64,000 nt of DNA from positions 21,468,628 to 21,532,627 of the forward strand of contig OZ037767.1 in NCBI GenBank assembly GCA_964035545.1, given 5' to 3'. The stretch is from Bugula neritina. Its lineage: Eukaryota > Animalia > Bryozoa. Positions 12,701 through 25,100 of this stretch are shown in pieces. Numbering within the stretch: position 1 is the stretch's first letter; each line of letters begins with the position of its first letter. The translations under genes and the position numbers were made by a program. Under the pieces are notes generated by a model that was given only the letters and a program-made list of their open reading frames with translations, was not told the DNA's origin and made no database searches.

Positions 12701-13846
12701 CATTCTTAAATATTCATATTAGGCAAGTGGCAAAAGAGTAATTTAGTATAACTAATTAAAAGATTCTTCAATGTGAACAGTATTTCGGCAAAAGTAAATA
12801 ATAACTGACCTAATTTTCGTCTGATTTCTCGGTTAGTCTCAGGGCTGGTTTTGACTACTTGTAGATCATTCAGCTTGTCTTTCAAAACTCCTAAATCCTC
12901 AAACTGGGGCGATGCTGTTTTCTGTAGCTGAGGTGATGCTGTGTCCTGTAGCTGAGGTGATACTGTTCGGTGTAGCTGAAAAGAAGAGTCCATTACGAGT
13001 TTTTCTTCTGGCCACAGACACGTTCGCCTACAAAGAATTCAACACAATTGAGATACAACACACTCAATATTTATTAATATAACATGAAAAGCTGCAGTAA
13101 AAAAACATTAGACATTAATTAGCACACACTTTTGGATTAACAAACTAAAAACTCGCTGAATAAAGCTGATATATGCGCATCAGAAAAAATCTCAACACTA
13201 GAACATACTAAGGATTTTATTCTCGCAACAATAAGCAATATATTGATGCTCTTTTTATATTTTTTGTCATGTTTCACTGCAAGTTATACTAATAGTTTAC
13301 AGGATATCAAGGTGAGAAAGATCGCAGATCTGCATAACCTCTAGTAAGACATAGAATATATACGAGGTAACCTTGAGAGAATGTACGCTTGTAATAAACA
13401 TAGTAGTGTTGAAACATATTCCCCTACTAGTGAGTTACGTTATGTTGAGCCTTACCTGAGCTGTGTCATGTTATTATTGTTAACATTAGCTGCTGCAACG
13501 TCTAAACTGCTTCTACTTCGGCTGGATAAGAAAGGGTCACCACCTTCATCATAGCCAAGGTCTCTTAAATTGAAATTTTTTACCCGATCTATATTAACTT
13601 GTAAGTCATCCAGTCCTCTGTAAGCAGTAGTCAATCAGTTTGAAAATGAATTAGAAAAAATTCGAGCAAGAGATTACATAGATTGGCAGTTTTTGTAGAA
13701 CAGAAAAGGCTATGTGTATATCAAAGCACAATATCTCACCTCACTAGAGTCTTCACGCTTTCAGTCGACTGACGTACAAATCTTTGACTCGCATGCAGTC
13801 TGCTTATTAAATCACGATTTCTTGACCGCAATTCTTCTTCAGCCAT
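9798..13846 (-). CDS. MIIP: Migration and invasion inhibitory protein (MIIP) homolog, multi-exon
   Basis: N-terminus MAEEELRSRNRDLISRLHASQRFVRQS. Conserved MIIP-domain motifs LMGYDWIAALLD, YFRELKEFRRLHSDEC, VNPRLYAVP, CAVC, VSIPRCTLSSPHKVKPHRRKSFNPADSVALSK/HCLKGW. GT-AG exons from ATG 13846; last exon taken as ending at TAA 9798. Confidence 0.9.
11778..11927. repeat. (AGT/AGC)n trinucleotide tract filling a MIIP intron
   Basis: Lies between the donor at 11935 and the acceptor near 11737. Confidence 0.9.
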
Positions 13847-14224
13847 TTCTGTTGAATCTAAATTTGGGTGAGAACATGGATATAAGACTGTCTTAAAATA
13901 TTGCTAAAATATCAAATTTGTGAATGCTTCATTATAGTAAGAGTAAAAAACCAGGAGGTTAGGTAATATTAGCAATATACTGTTTTATTCTAATTTACTT
14001 GTTGAAAAATACAGTATGTTTCAAGAAAATCAAGTCATAATAATATATATTTTCATGGCATGGCACATTTTCACATAAAATGAAGAAAAGACTAAATTCT
14101 ACCTATGTAAACTAGACTTTCTAAATGTTCAGTTTGTAATTAAGCAACTGTTATTGGTCATTTAATAAGCATATTAAAGCCTTGCATATTAGAATAAAAA
14201 TAAAAGATACCGGTTACCAAGGCC

Positions 14225-14434
14225 AAAAAACTCATACAAGTTTATAGTCGCTATCCCTTTGAGAAACACATGGGTTTTTGTTAAAGCGGGCTAAGGACTT
14301 ATTTAAATGATGGCACAGGAGCAATTATGACTGAATGCTCTTCCTAAAATCACCAATGGCCTTTCTCAGGGCTTGAACCCATAACTTCGTGTTTACTAGG
14401 CAAACGCTCTGACCCCTAAACCACAGCTCCTCCC
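14225..14434 (-). mobile_element. tRNA-derived SINE, copy 2
   Basis: Homologous to 35-250. B box GGTTCAAGCCC on the minus strand. Confidence 0.8.
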
Positions 14435-16109
14435 TAAAGTTACTAATGCCAGTTTAGCTAATAACTATTATTATGTTAATGTAACATTTTTAGTTGGGTT
14501 TTCACATTAAAAATTCATACTAAACATTTTTTTATTAGATTAATAGAGAACCACATTCTAGATGTTCCCTAATGTTAGATTTGCTTTTTTCCTAATAATA
14601 CTTATTGTAATTGTTTCTTAGTTGAGTTAAAACTAAAAGCCAAAAAGGAACAACGTAAAACAAAGAAGTCAAATTAAAAGCAGCTGAGTCAGAAAGGGGC
14701 AACAGATATTTCAACTAGCTTCCATTACTATAACAACAACTAATTAATTTACATTGTAAATTTTATCATCAACTATGCATACCAATATAATCATCATTCA
14801 TCCTTGACAGCCATCATATTAATATAAGCATGAATGTCATGATTCACCATGTTACTACAGCTATAGTCTATAAGTATTGTTATATTAAATAATAGTACTT
14901 CTACTAGTAACTAGTTAACCAGTTTTATTTTTTATCACAGGTTCACGATGATATTATTATTAAATATAACAATGAGCATAAACTTTACGCATACCTAAAC
15001 TAAAAGTTTAGGTCAGCATAATAGTAATAGGGTATAAATATCTATTATTATAGCTTCAGACTTGATATTAATTACTTTTATCACTAGTTAGTGTAATGTA
15101 TTGTACTAGACTTAGCAGTATTTCATTTTCAATCATTCATTGATTAACTGAATTGAAATTAAAATACTATATAATCTCAAATTCAATAGTTATACTTATA
15201 GTTATAGTAATAGACTTAGAGGTAGTCATAATCATTATTGGATATCCAACTTAAACAATAGTCTATCCTAATTAGGTTATTTATAATTATATCAAACTCA
15301 ATAGTTAATTTTATATCATTATTATATTAACACTATTAGTATTAGCATTAAAAATACATTTATTTTAAACAAATCAGCTAGTGACTAGTCTTATTATTAT
15401 TTAACAAACACCTGAACTTAGGTAAAATTAAACTCTAGCTTTACGCATTGTGACTGTAGCACTAGTACTCACTACTAGTACAGAGTATTATTGTATAATT
15501 TTACTTTGAGAAAAACTGAAAGTCAAACTCAAAGTGTTAGTCAGTGTCACACTCTCAGTCTCACTCTGACTCTCTAACTTTCAGTTAATGTTATTCACAG
15601 TGTGAGTTCAAGTTGTGTCAGTGTGTGACATTACAATAATTCATTGTAATAAATTAATCGCTCCCCAAATGAACTGCTATTAGTAGAGTATTACTATTAG
15701 TATTAGTAATAGTGTTACTGTGCGTATTGCTAACGCTAACAATAACAGTAATTGTAAATTGCTAATAGTAATAAAATTTGAAAACTATCCTCAAACAATA
15801 CTTAAAGCCTCGATTCTATGACTAAGACGTGAGTTGGTGAATTATACAATATAGTCAAGGCTCATATCAAATTTGGAATGGCTATAAGGAAATTTGCTAT
15901 GGTCAAGGATAGTTTTCACTCGCACTCGGGGAAAAAAGTCCACCACGCTCAACCGTATGTTCCAACTTCAGTCGCAATTGAAACTTTAGTACCGTCATTG
16001 TGGTATGTGCTGATACTCGAAGTACCACTCTCCTCTAACGCCGTTTCACTTTAAGCTTTTTTTGCATGTATCATTCTATCTTGAATTCTCAACATCTGAA
16101 CTTGTGAAT

Positions 16110-19100
16110 ATGCTGACTTCTGCGTTAGTGATTTTAGCTGAAGGCGCTGAAGAAATGGAGACAGTAATAACCGTTGACGTTCTAAGGAGAGCAGAGGCTT
16201 GTACTTATACAATAACATTAACAATAACATCATTATGATTAACTTATACTTATACTTATAGTTATAGTATGTCTAGTAATACTATTAGTATTAGTAAAAG
16301 TAAAACTTGAGCTTAAACTTAAAGTTAAACTAAAGTATTAGTATTACTTTTTTGAATTGAAGATGCAATCTAAATCACGTTAGCGGTTAGACCACTAAAT
16401 TAGTGTAAGCGACGTGCCTCGTTTGGTGAACAGAATTATTAAATGTAATTAATACTTTTATGACATAGGTGCAGTTCTGTTTTAAGACTTTGGTGTCAGT
16501 ACAGGGCCTTATGAGGCCTGTCGGTGAGCAACATTTGATGTTATTTTCATATCACGTATCGTTCTGGGTAGGAAGCTGTTATGAAATAGTGAGGTGTTAG
16601 TCCTGAAAGTGGTGGGTATGCCATTTGACTGGGACCTGGTGGTAGCTGATGTAGTGGGCTGGTCCATGAGGTGTTCATACGATTTTGACAGTGAAGGATG
16701 ATATTCCTCTCTGGCCAGGATCCGCATCAAGAGACTAAGTCGTAGGTCTTTGCGCCTGTTTTGCAGGGGGGTTAATCCAAGCCTAGATCTTGCCTCATCT
16801 GAGCCACCCTTGCCTTTAATACCTGCCACAAATCTCACAGTCTGCTCTTGCACTTGCTCGATGTCTACTACAGCCTTCTTGGAGTTAGGGTCCCACACAG
16901 CAGCAGCATATTCTAGGTGAGGACGACACAGGGTTTTGTATGCTATTAACTTCGCCTTTTTTGGTGCCCAATACAGTGCCCTTTTAATCATCCCAAGTTG
17001 TCGCTTCGCTGTGAGTAATTTTTGCTAGATATGCAAATATGTATTGTGACACCAAAATAAAACGCGTGGTCAACAACTGTGAGAGTTTGACCTCCAAGTG
17101 AATAGTTATGTGTGAATTTCTTGTCACTGAAGATGATGATCTTGCTTTTCTTCACATTGAAAGACATACCCACACTGCATGCCCAGAAGTCCAAGGAGTT
17201 CAGGTTGTGCTGAAAACGGGCTGTGTCTTGCTGGCTTGTGATGGTCTGGTACATTAAGGTGTTGTCTGCAAGTAGGGCGACTAGGCAATCTACCTCGTTT
17301 GGGAGGTCATTGATAAATATCAGGAAAAGCACAGGCCCGAGAACTGATCCCTGAGGTACTCCTGACGAGACTGGGAGACTGCTTGACACCTTACCATTAA
17401 GTATTACCTGCTGGGACCTATCAGAAAGGAAGTTATATATCCAGTCAAGTATATGTGTGTCAATTGTTCCAGTCATTGAGAAGTTTTCCATTAGAAGTGC
17501 ATGCGGCTCCTTGTCAAAAGCTTTTGTGAAGTCAAGCACCGCAGCATGAGTGCTCAAGCCCTTATCTGCCTCACTGAGAATATCATGCATGGTGGCACAG
17601 AGTTGTGTCTCACATGATAACCCTTTTCTAAATCCGTGTTGTCTGCTGTGGAGAAAACCATCTGTTTTTCTTAGTAAATTGCCAAGAACGATGTGCTCTA
17701 GTAGCTTACATGGAATGCTAGTCAGGGAGATTGGCCTGTAGTTGTTGGCAGAGCTCCTGTCACCACTCTTGAAGATAGGGGTGACATTGGAAGTTTTCCA
17801 ACTGTCAGGAAGTTCACCATGCTGTAAGGACTTGTTATAGATCTGAGTCACTTGTAATTTATACTTATAGTTATTACTTATTAATTATTAGTAATGATTA
17901 TTAAATTTAATTTATGAAAATTAATATTGACAATGAAATCAAAATAAATATCATTAGGACTATGATCATACCTTTGAATACTGTTGAACGTTTGAAGACA
18001 TAAAACACTTGGAAATACTCAAGGTTACAGAACTAAAAGTAGAAGTGCCTCATCTGTTTTGCAGTGTCAGTGTGGGCTAAAGGTTATGTGGTAATTGTGT
18101 TGATTTTTCTCATATTGACCCTCTGGTGTTTCTAATGGTTCTTGGTAAGAAGCTACCATGGTATATTTGTGAGTTTGCATAAATACAGCAGACCTAGTGA
18201 TTATTGCCATATTTTGGCGGTTCTCGTGTGATTTCATCTTATACCATTGCCAATATTGAGTGTGTTATGGTGGGTTTGTACAATTTAGAGTTATTGCAAA
18301 CTCACAGAGTAATATAATCTTGTGGTATTCGGGTTAGCTCGGGGTCGGTATATTGATACGTGTAGTTTGACTTGCGAGATAACTCCAGCTCCTGTACGTC
18401 TGTATGGGAGTAGAGTTAGGACTCCAGGTTAGGGTATTTGTCGGAAGGTGCTCCTCAGTCTAGGATCTTGGACCAGCACTCACTAACATACCCTAATACA
18501 CTTTATTGTGTTTGCACGCATTCTATGTCCACAATCCTCAGTCGCTCTTCAGTCAAATTCCTCAATTTCTCAATCTCTCTCATACACCCTCTGTTTTATA
18601 GTTGCAACTCCCACACAGGCCACGCCCACACTATATCTATCACCAACAGGCAGTGCATACAGGTGTACAATGTGCTCTTCAAGAGAATTATGAACATACT
18701 CAAAATGATGCAAATATTACAGAGTTGTGTGCTCCCCATACATACAACAGTAAAAAGAGATGACATAAAAGTCCTGATACAACAAGTGTTGTTCTTCCTG
18801 TAGTATTTTCATCAGGAGATTGAGTAGGCAAGTCCTACGTCTCTGTTTGAGAGGTTGAAGGCCAGGCTGAGAGCATGCCCCGGTAACACTTTCTCGTCTC
18901 TTTAATCCAGCAATATACCTCACTGCACTGAGCTGTAGCATTTCCAGAGTCTCAATGTATTACTGTTATTATTAGCTTTTTGACTAATTGCAGTCAAAAA
19001 GTGGTGGATAGCAACACATTAATAAAAGTGGGTTCAAATTGGGGGGTTGCACCAACAACCCTTTTTTATTTTGACACAAAATTTAATGGCTAATTAACTC

Positions 19101-22100
19101 AGGTTGTATTTTGAAAGGCCATACCAAAGTTCATAGAAAAGGTTTGAGCAAATAAACTGGCCGATCCACTTGTATGGGGCTGATTTTTTCCTCGTATCCT
19201 ATACTTCAGCAACCGGAGATTTACCCACCTGTAAGAAACAACACACACAGGTTAAATGTCTGGTGGCCAAATCACCAGCTAGAGGTTATTGCAGACAAAC
19301 AGTTAGAATAAGAACTCTAAGAATGCTACAATAACTGTCACGATAATAATATCGGACAAAATACAAAGCCACAATTCTTTATTAACAAGTAGATAACAAG
19401 ATAGTCAAACTAACCTTTTGTTCTCTATAGAATGCTTTTTTTATTTACAAATTATGTATGTGAACAGATTGAGAAGTTATATATCACTATCATATTTTGT
19501 TGATGGTCTACGGGGCATGTAGCAGTCCCATTAAAGCAAAAATAGTCGGCAATAATAAACAAATAAAGTAAAAGCTTATCCAGATTGTCCTTTCAGATCA
19601 AACCACATTCTCAGCCAACACCAATTTTCAATAATAACCAGATGTTTACAAACACACACACACAGTCATGGGTTGCTACCACCATTGAACTATAACCCCC
19701 CCCCCCTGGAATGGCCAATGACGATTTTTAAAACGTCCAAATAGTTCGGCTGTATTGAGTAATTCTTTTTTCGGGCCCACCTACTTTTTAATGTAAAAGT
19801 AATGGTAATTGTTATACTTTGCAGTAACTATAAAGCTTTTGGCATCACACCACACAAATAAACAATCCCAAAATCTACTCAATTCTTATCTGCTGGTAAT
19901 AAGGGTGAGCTATAGCATACAGAAATAAAGCTGGTAGTTATAAAAAGCAAGTTGATATCAAGTGAAAACCTGATGTAGGATGTAACATCTATTTAAATTC
20001 AGCTGCTGGTAATAATTGTTGGCTATAAAATAGAGAAATAAAACTGTTATAAAAATATTTTACTTTGAAACAACAAAAGCAAGTAGATATCAATTAAAAA
20101 CCTGATATATAAGTAATACAAATAAAAACAATAAATAAAAAGTTTATTGACCCTTAAAGAAAACACTTATGTTATTTTTTTGTCGACAGCTCACTTTATG
20201 TAGAGCATTGTTTTTAATTTAGACAAATTGTGTTGAAATAAATCATAATATGTTTCAACAATGAGGTTGAGTAAAGTAAAATAGTGGATCTCAATGCCAG
20301 TAAAAGTTTCCAGAGCATGCTTTTCAATGCCAAAAAATATCGTATCCACCAATCTCCTCTTTCACAGAAAACTGAAGTTTATGAAGCTTTATACGATGAT
20401 GGCTGCTTTTCAAATGCTTTTGCACACACAGACATGCTGTTATCACTCCATAAAATGGTAGAATAAGATCCCCATTATTTTTGACATGCAAGAGCACTTT
20501 CAGTTGATCATACTTTCCAGGAGAGAGCTGGTCATTTACCATAGTCTGTCCACAATTATCACAAGCAACTTTTCTTATGGCTTTTCTCACAACCCATCCC
20601 AAAATATAAGTCACAATGTTTCCTAGAATAGAGCCTGATGGAACTTAGAGATTTTCAGGTGGCTTGAATAAATTGTCAAAGAAAATATCTTCATGGTCTT
20701 CGTTGGCTAAAGGTGATAAATATGTTGAAGAAGCCAGAAGAGAAGTGGTAGTGTCTAATGCTTTTACATTTCCTGTTGTACTTGGCTCTACTCCACATCA
20801 GGTGATCAGCCTATGAAATATGTACTGGAAAGCTACCACTGAAGGATTATTATTCCATCCTCCCAGAACCAATAAATTATTATTAAATAAATGATCTAAA
20901 GTTCTATATAGAAAATGCAACAAACTTCATTTTTCATCTGTTTCTAGTTCTGAGTGGTTTATGCTAACTTTTCATCCCATTCAAATTAGCTGATGCAGCC
21001 ACTTTTGTTTTTTTAGTTCATTTTTTAAAAATTAATAAAGTGCATAGGCAATAAAATGTATCACCTTTATTGCGACTTGTTGCACTTGACAATATTAATT
21101 AAATTTCTCTTGAGATGATCTTGTGAGAATTTGTACATGGGGAGATATTCAAAAGTCTTTGGCTCCAGCAAGTGCTCAACCAACCCAAAGGTTACATCAA
21201 CACAGCACACCATCCCAGTAATACACAAGTGTGTGCAACAAGTAATCATTGCTAACAGTTGAAAAGGTTAAAAAGCTCATTATTAAAAAAACATTACTGC
21301 AAATGCTGTTGAAAATGTCAAAAATAAAGCACAATTTTTTTGTAAAATAAACATTTTAATATGAATGCCTTCACCCAATACCTTTTGGTGCTATGTAGCG
21401 GAGTTTCACTAGCAGTCTTTAGATTCAGTAAATAATGCTTAGTGCTCATCAAAAATGGAGCTACTGCATCCATGCTAGCCAAGCGCAAAAGCTGTTTATA
21501 TCCTTTTGCCATCGGAACGGCTATATAAAAGATCTAACAATCTGTCTATTCGCTAAAACGACAAAAGTATAACATGAGTAGTTTGTGTCTTGATAGGTAA
21601 CAATAACTCGCACAGAACTTAGATTATCAGATTATTACAAACCTGGATAAATTCCACCACACCACTCTGCTGGAACTCAGGTAACCCCTATTAGACCTAC
21701 TTTCAAACAAAAAATATTTCAACTGCTTGAAAAAAACTACATTTCATTCTCAGCAAAGCTTTTAAGTATTCATAATAAATCTTACCTTCATTTTATTTTG
21801 CTGAAAGTCAACATGCCGTAAAGTGATTTTGTTGCCTAATCTGAGACCAACCTCTCTTTGTTTGCTGTGCAGCTTCTCAATGTAATCCCATCTTGTTAAT
21901 CCAGCCTCATTCTTTTATAGCACCAAAAGCGTGCACCATGTTTCGAGCCAACTTAATCATATGGCAAGGATTTAGCAAAACAAGTATCTTCTGACCATTT
22001 AAAATGAAAAATGGCCTAACACTTTCTTTCAAATTCATTTGGGCACCTAGACCCCTGCACATAGTTAAATTAGAGGCATGCCAATTCATGGTAATACAGG

Positions 22101-25100
22101 GGATGGAAAAACATGGTGATGAAGTGTTTCAAGATTATGGAGTAGTAGCTCTTGTAATGTTTTGGAGCACAAACTTGCAGTGAAGAAATGGGCAACTGGA
22201 GCTTTCCATGACCCTTTTAAACCAGTCAACATAAAAATTAGTACTTCACTTGCTTCTTTCCCATCTTCTTCTGGGTCATGGCCTAAATCGAAATATACTA
22301 GCATGGTCTTGGACTTTTGGTCATACAACATTTTCCTAATGCTCATAGAATCCAAGGTTAGACAGTAGCTAAATTATCAACAGAACCACTTTGACCCCTC
22401 TATTCAACATTAGTATAATAATAAAAAATATATTGCATTTATCAACACTAAATTAATAGCAAACAAGATAGATTTTATGATTTGCATTATATGGCGAGCT
22501 TCACTTGCGCCCTAATTTTACTAAAATTAAATATTGTGCAATTGAATTGGTTTGTTATATGCTTTTGTATTAATACCGCCAAGGTTGTACTGAATTAACA
22601 GTAAAACACTACTATAATATCAGTTAATCAAAATTAACGTATATGATTATTCGTATATACTTATAATGAAAGCTATATTTTAATATCATTGCTTCTTTGC
22701 AATGAAATTTTTTTTAGATGGGTTTGGATAGTTTCATTAAATATCCATTTCCCTTTTTTGCTAACCTTCCAGTTAGCCGTTTGATATTTATTTCTCTTCC
22801 CATGTCTATCCTTTTTCACTGTAGCCTAGCTGCATGTTTGGTTTAGGCCTTGCAATCACCCTCAACTGTTTTTTTAGGGTGTTTGACAAGGAAGTGAGTA
22901 TATACCATTCTCCTGGTTCAACCATTCAGCAAAATCAGTGCTCCATTACTTCATCCATGAATTCTATATATTCACTTTTGAAACTCATCATTCCTAAAAA
23001 GTCCATATGACTATATGACAAATCTTGTGAAATGAATGAATAGGTAGAACCTCATGGTAGCTTGTCATATGCACTTACAATTGATGATGCACAGAAGCCT
23101 AAAATTGAAACTGAAGTGTCAGCATAGCTCCCAGGGCGCTGTGCCATAAGATATAAATATTTGGCTGTTTCACTACTTGATAACCATTTAGCATAACTAT
23201 TAAAAACTTACTCAGTAGCTTTAGCGGTATATACAGCACACTTCATATTACCATCAAAGCAACTAATCATGTTTAATTGCCTATTGCTGCCATAAGCATG
23301 CAGAACCTCACTTATTGGCTGTAACTCAACTTTCTGTTTAATTCGATTATAGGCAGCCAAATTTATTATATTGTTACAAGCTCCTGTATCAATTAAAAAT
23401 GAAATGATATCACCTGAATCAGCTACTTCACATTTTTGGTATTTCTGCTTTTCTTTGCCTTACACCGAACAGTGCCTCTTTATCTTCACCTCTACTTTTC
23501 CCACTGCATGGTGATTTTCGTACCGTTACTTTAACCTGGCAAAATGCCTTTTTCTGCTACAGTTCTTGCAGGTTTATCCTTTGCTGGACAACTGTTCTTA
23601 TTGCAAATACCATGTAGTTTATCCAAATTTTCTCCTGTAAATTGAAGTTAATCTGGTTATTTTTCTCACTTGTGCACATCTGCATAACTGCATTAAATAG
23701 ATTTACTGACAAGATGCCCCTATTTTATTTATTTCAATTTTTTTCAAATAGTTTGTCTCCCAATACCAATCTTATATTATTCAGGCTATAAAACTTTTCA
23801 AGATAATGTATTGGATGCTTTGGGGCCTCCAAACAGCTGGATGGCTCACTTTATCAAATTCCTTCCTTGTATTTAGAAATGTTATACTTAAATTTTACTT
23901 TTAATTTTGGCTTTTCAATACATTTTTGCAAGAGGGGCTAGTTGAAAACTATGCCATTCTTTTTTCTAAATCCTTTCTGCCTTAGTCAGATGGGTAAAAT
24001 CTTTTCCATTCACTTTTTTATTGAGCTTGTGGTGTTAATGTAATAATTGCTTAGGCTAGAAATAACCACATCTGGATGATCTTTTATAAGAGTGGTAGAA
24101 AGACATCAGGTCAAGAGTGTTTCCATGCACAGGAATAGGTTTTGTAACCACCTGGTGTAGGTTGTGTTCATAAAACATAGTGAGGAATTTTAAATCGATA
24201 GTCTTGTAAGGTGCATTGGATTTAATTATCTTGGTAACATAGTCTAGCCCTGGAATATACAAATCCTCAAGCAAAATGATTTATATTTGGTAGACTGCAA
24301 TATCTTAACTTTATCGTTGTATACCTTTTCTGTGTCGATTCCATCACTGCAGATAGCCACGTCTATAACGTGGGCACAGTTGTCTTTTTTTATTAATAGA
24401 TCTGGCTTCAGTAATCCCTCCCTGGTCCGAAACCTAGGTTCCCAATCAATGTTGAAATCTGCCTTTGACATTGTGTCTAAGGCGAATTTACAGATGGCGC
24501 CATGTCTCATAATTCTTGCTCCATAAGAACCTGGTCACTGCTGCAAGATATGAGCGACAGTGTGGTGCGTTTATGCACACAGGACAGCTTTTTGAGTGTG
24601 AGCTAGACATGCGGGACAACATCATGCCACTAGGCAAGAGGTTATGCCTGAGATGCATGGCTCTGATGAGGTCCCGCCCTGTCAGCCATGGGTGGGTCGA
24701 TGACTTCACCCATTGATGTACTTTGGGGCATGATTGATGGTGGATTAGTCCTTTTCCATCCACAGAGTTGTGTAGTAGTTCTTGAAAGTGTTCTTTGACA
24801 CATTCCCTAGATGTGAGGGGAATTCCCGCGATAGTCGGCGCTGAGGTGGGTTGGTTGCCGGTGATGACATTTGTTATTGGGTCGTCGTACATGAGTCGCC
24901 TGCAGTTTCTGTTGTATCTTTGTAGTGGTACTTGGTAGAAAGATGATGGAATCCCAAGTCCACCGTCTTCAATAGATGGGTGAAAATTGCTTATTCGTTT
25001 GATATCTTGTGTTGATGTCTTTATTCCGTAGTAACATCATGACTTGATTAGTTTGGATTGGAATAATTTTACTATTTTTTTATAAGTTTCAAATAAAGCT

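Noticed and set aside
19680-19730. Possible P-element terminal inverted repeat (cattgaactataa)
   Set aside because: No matching inverted partner was found on the other side of the transposase.
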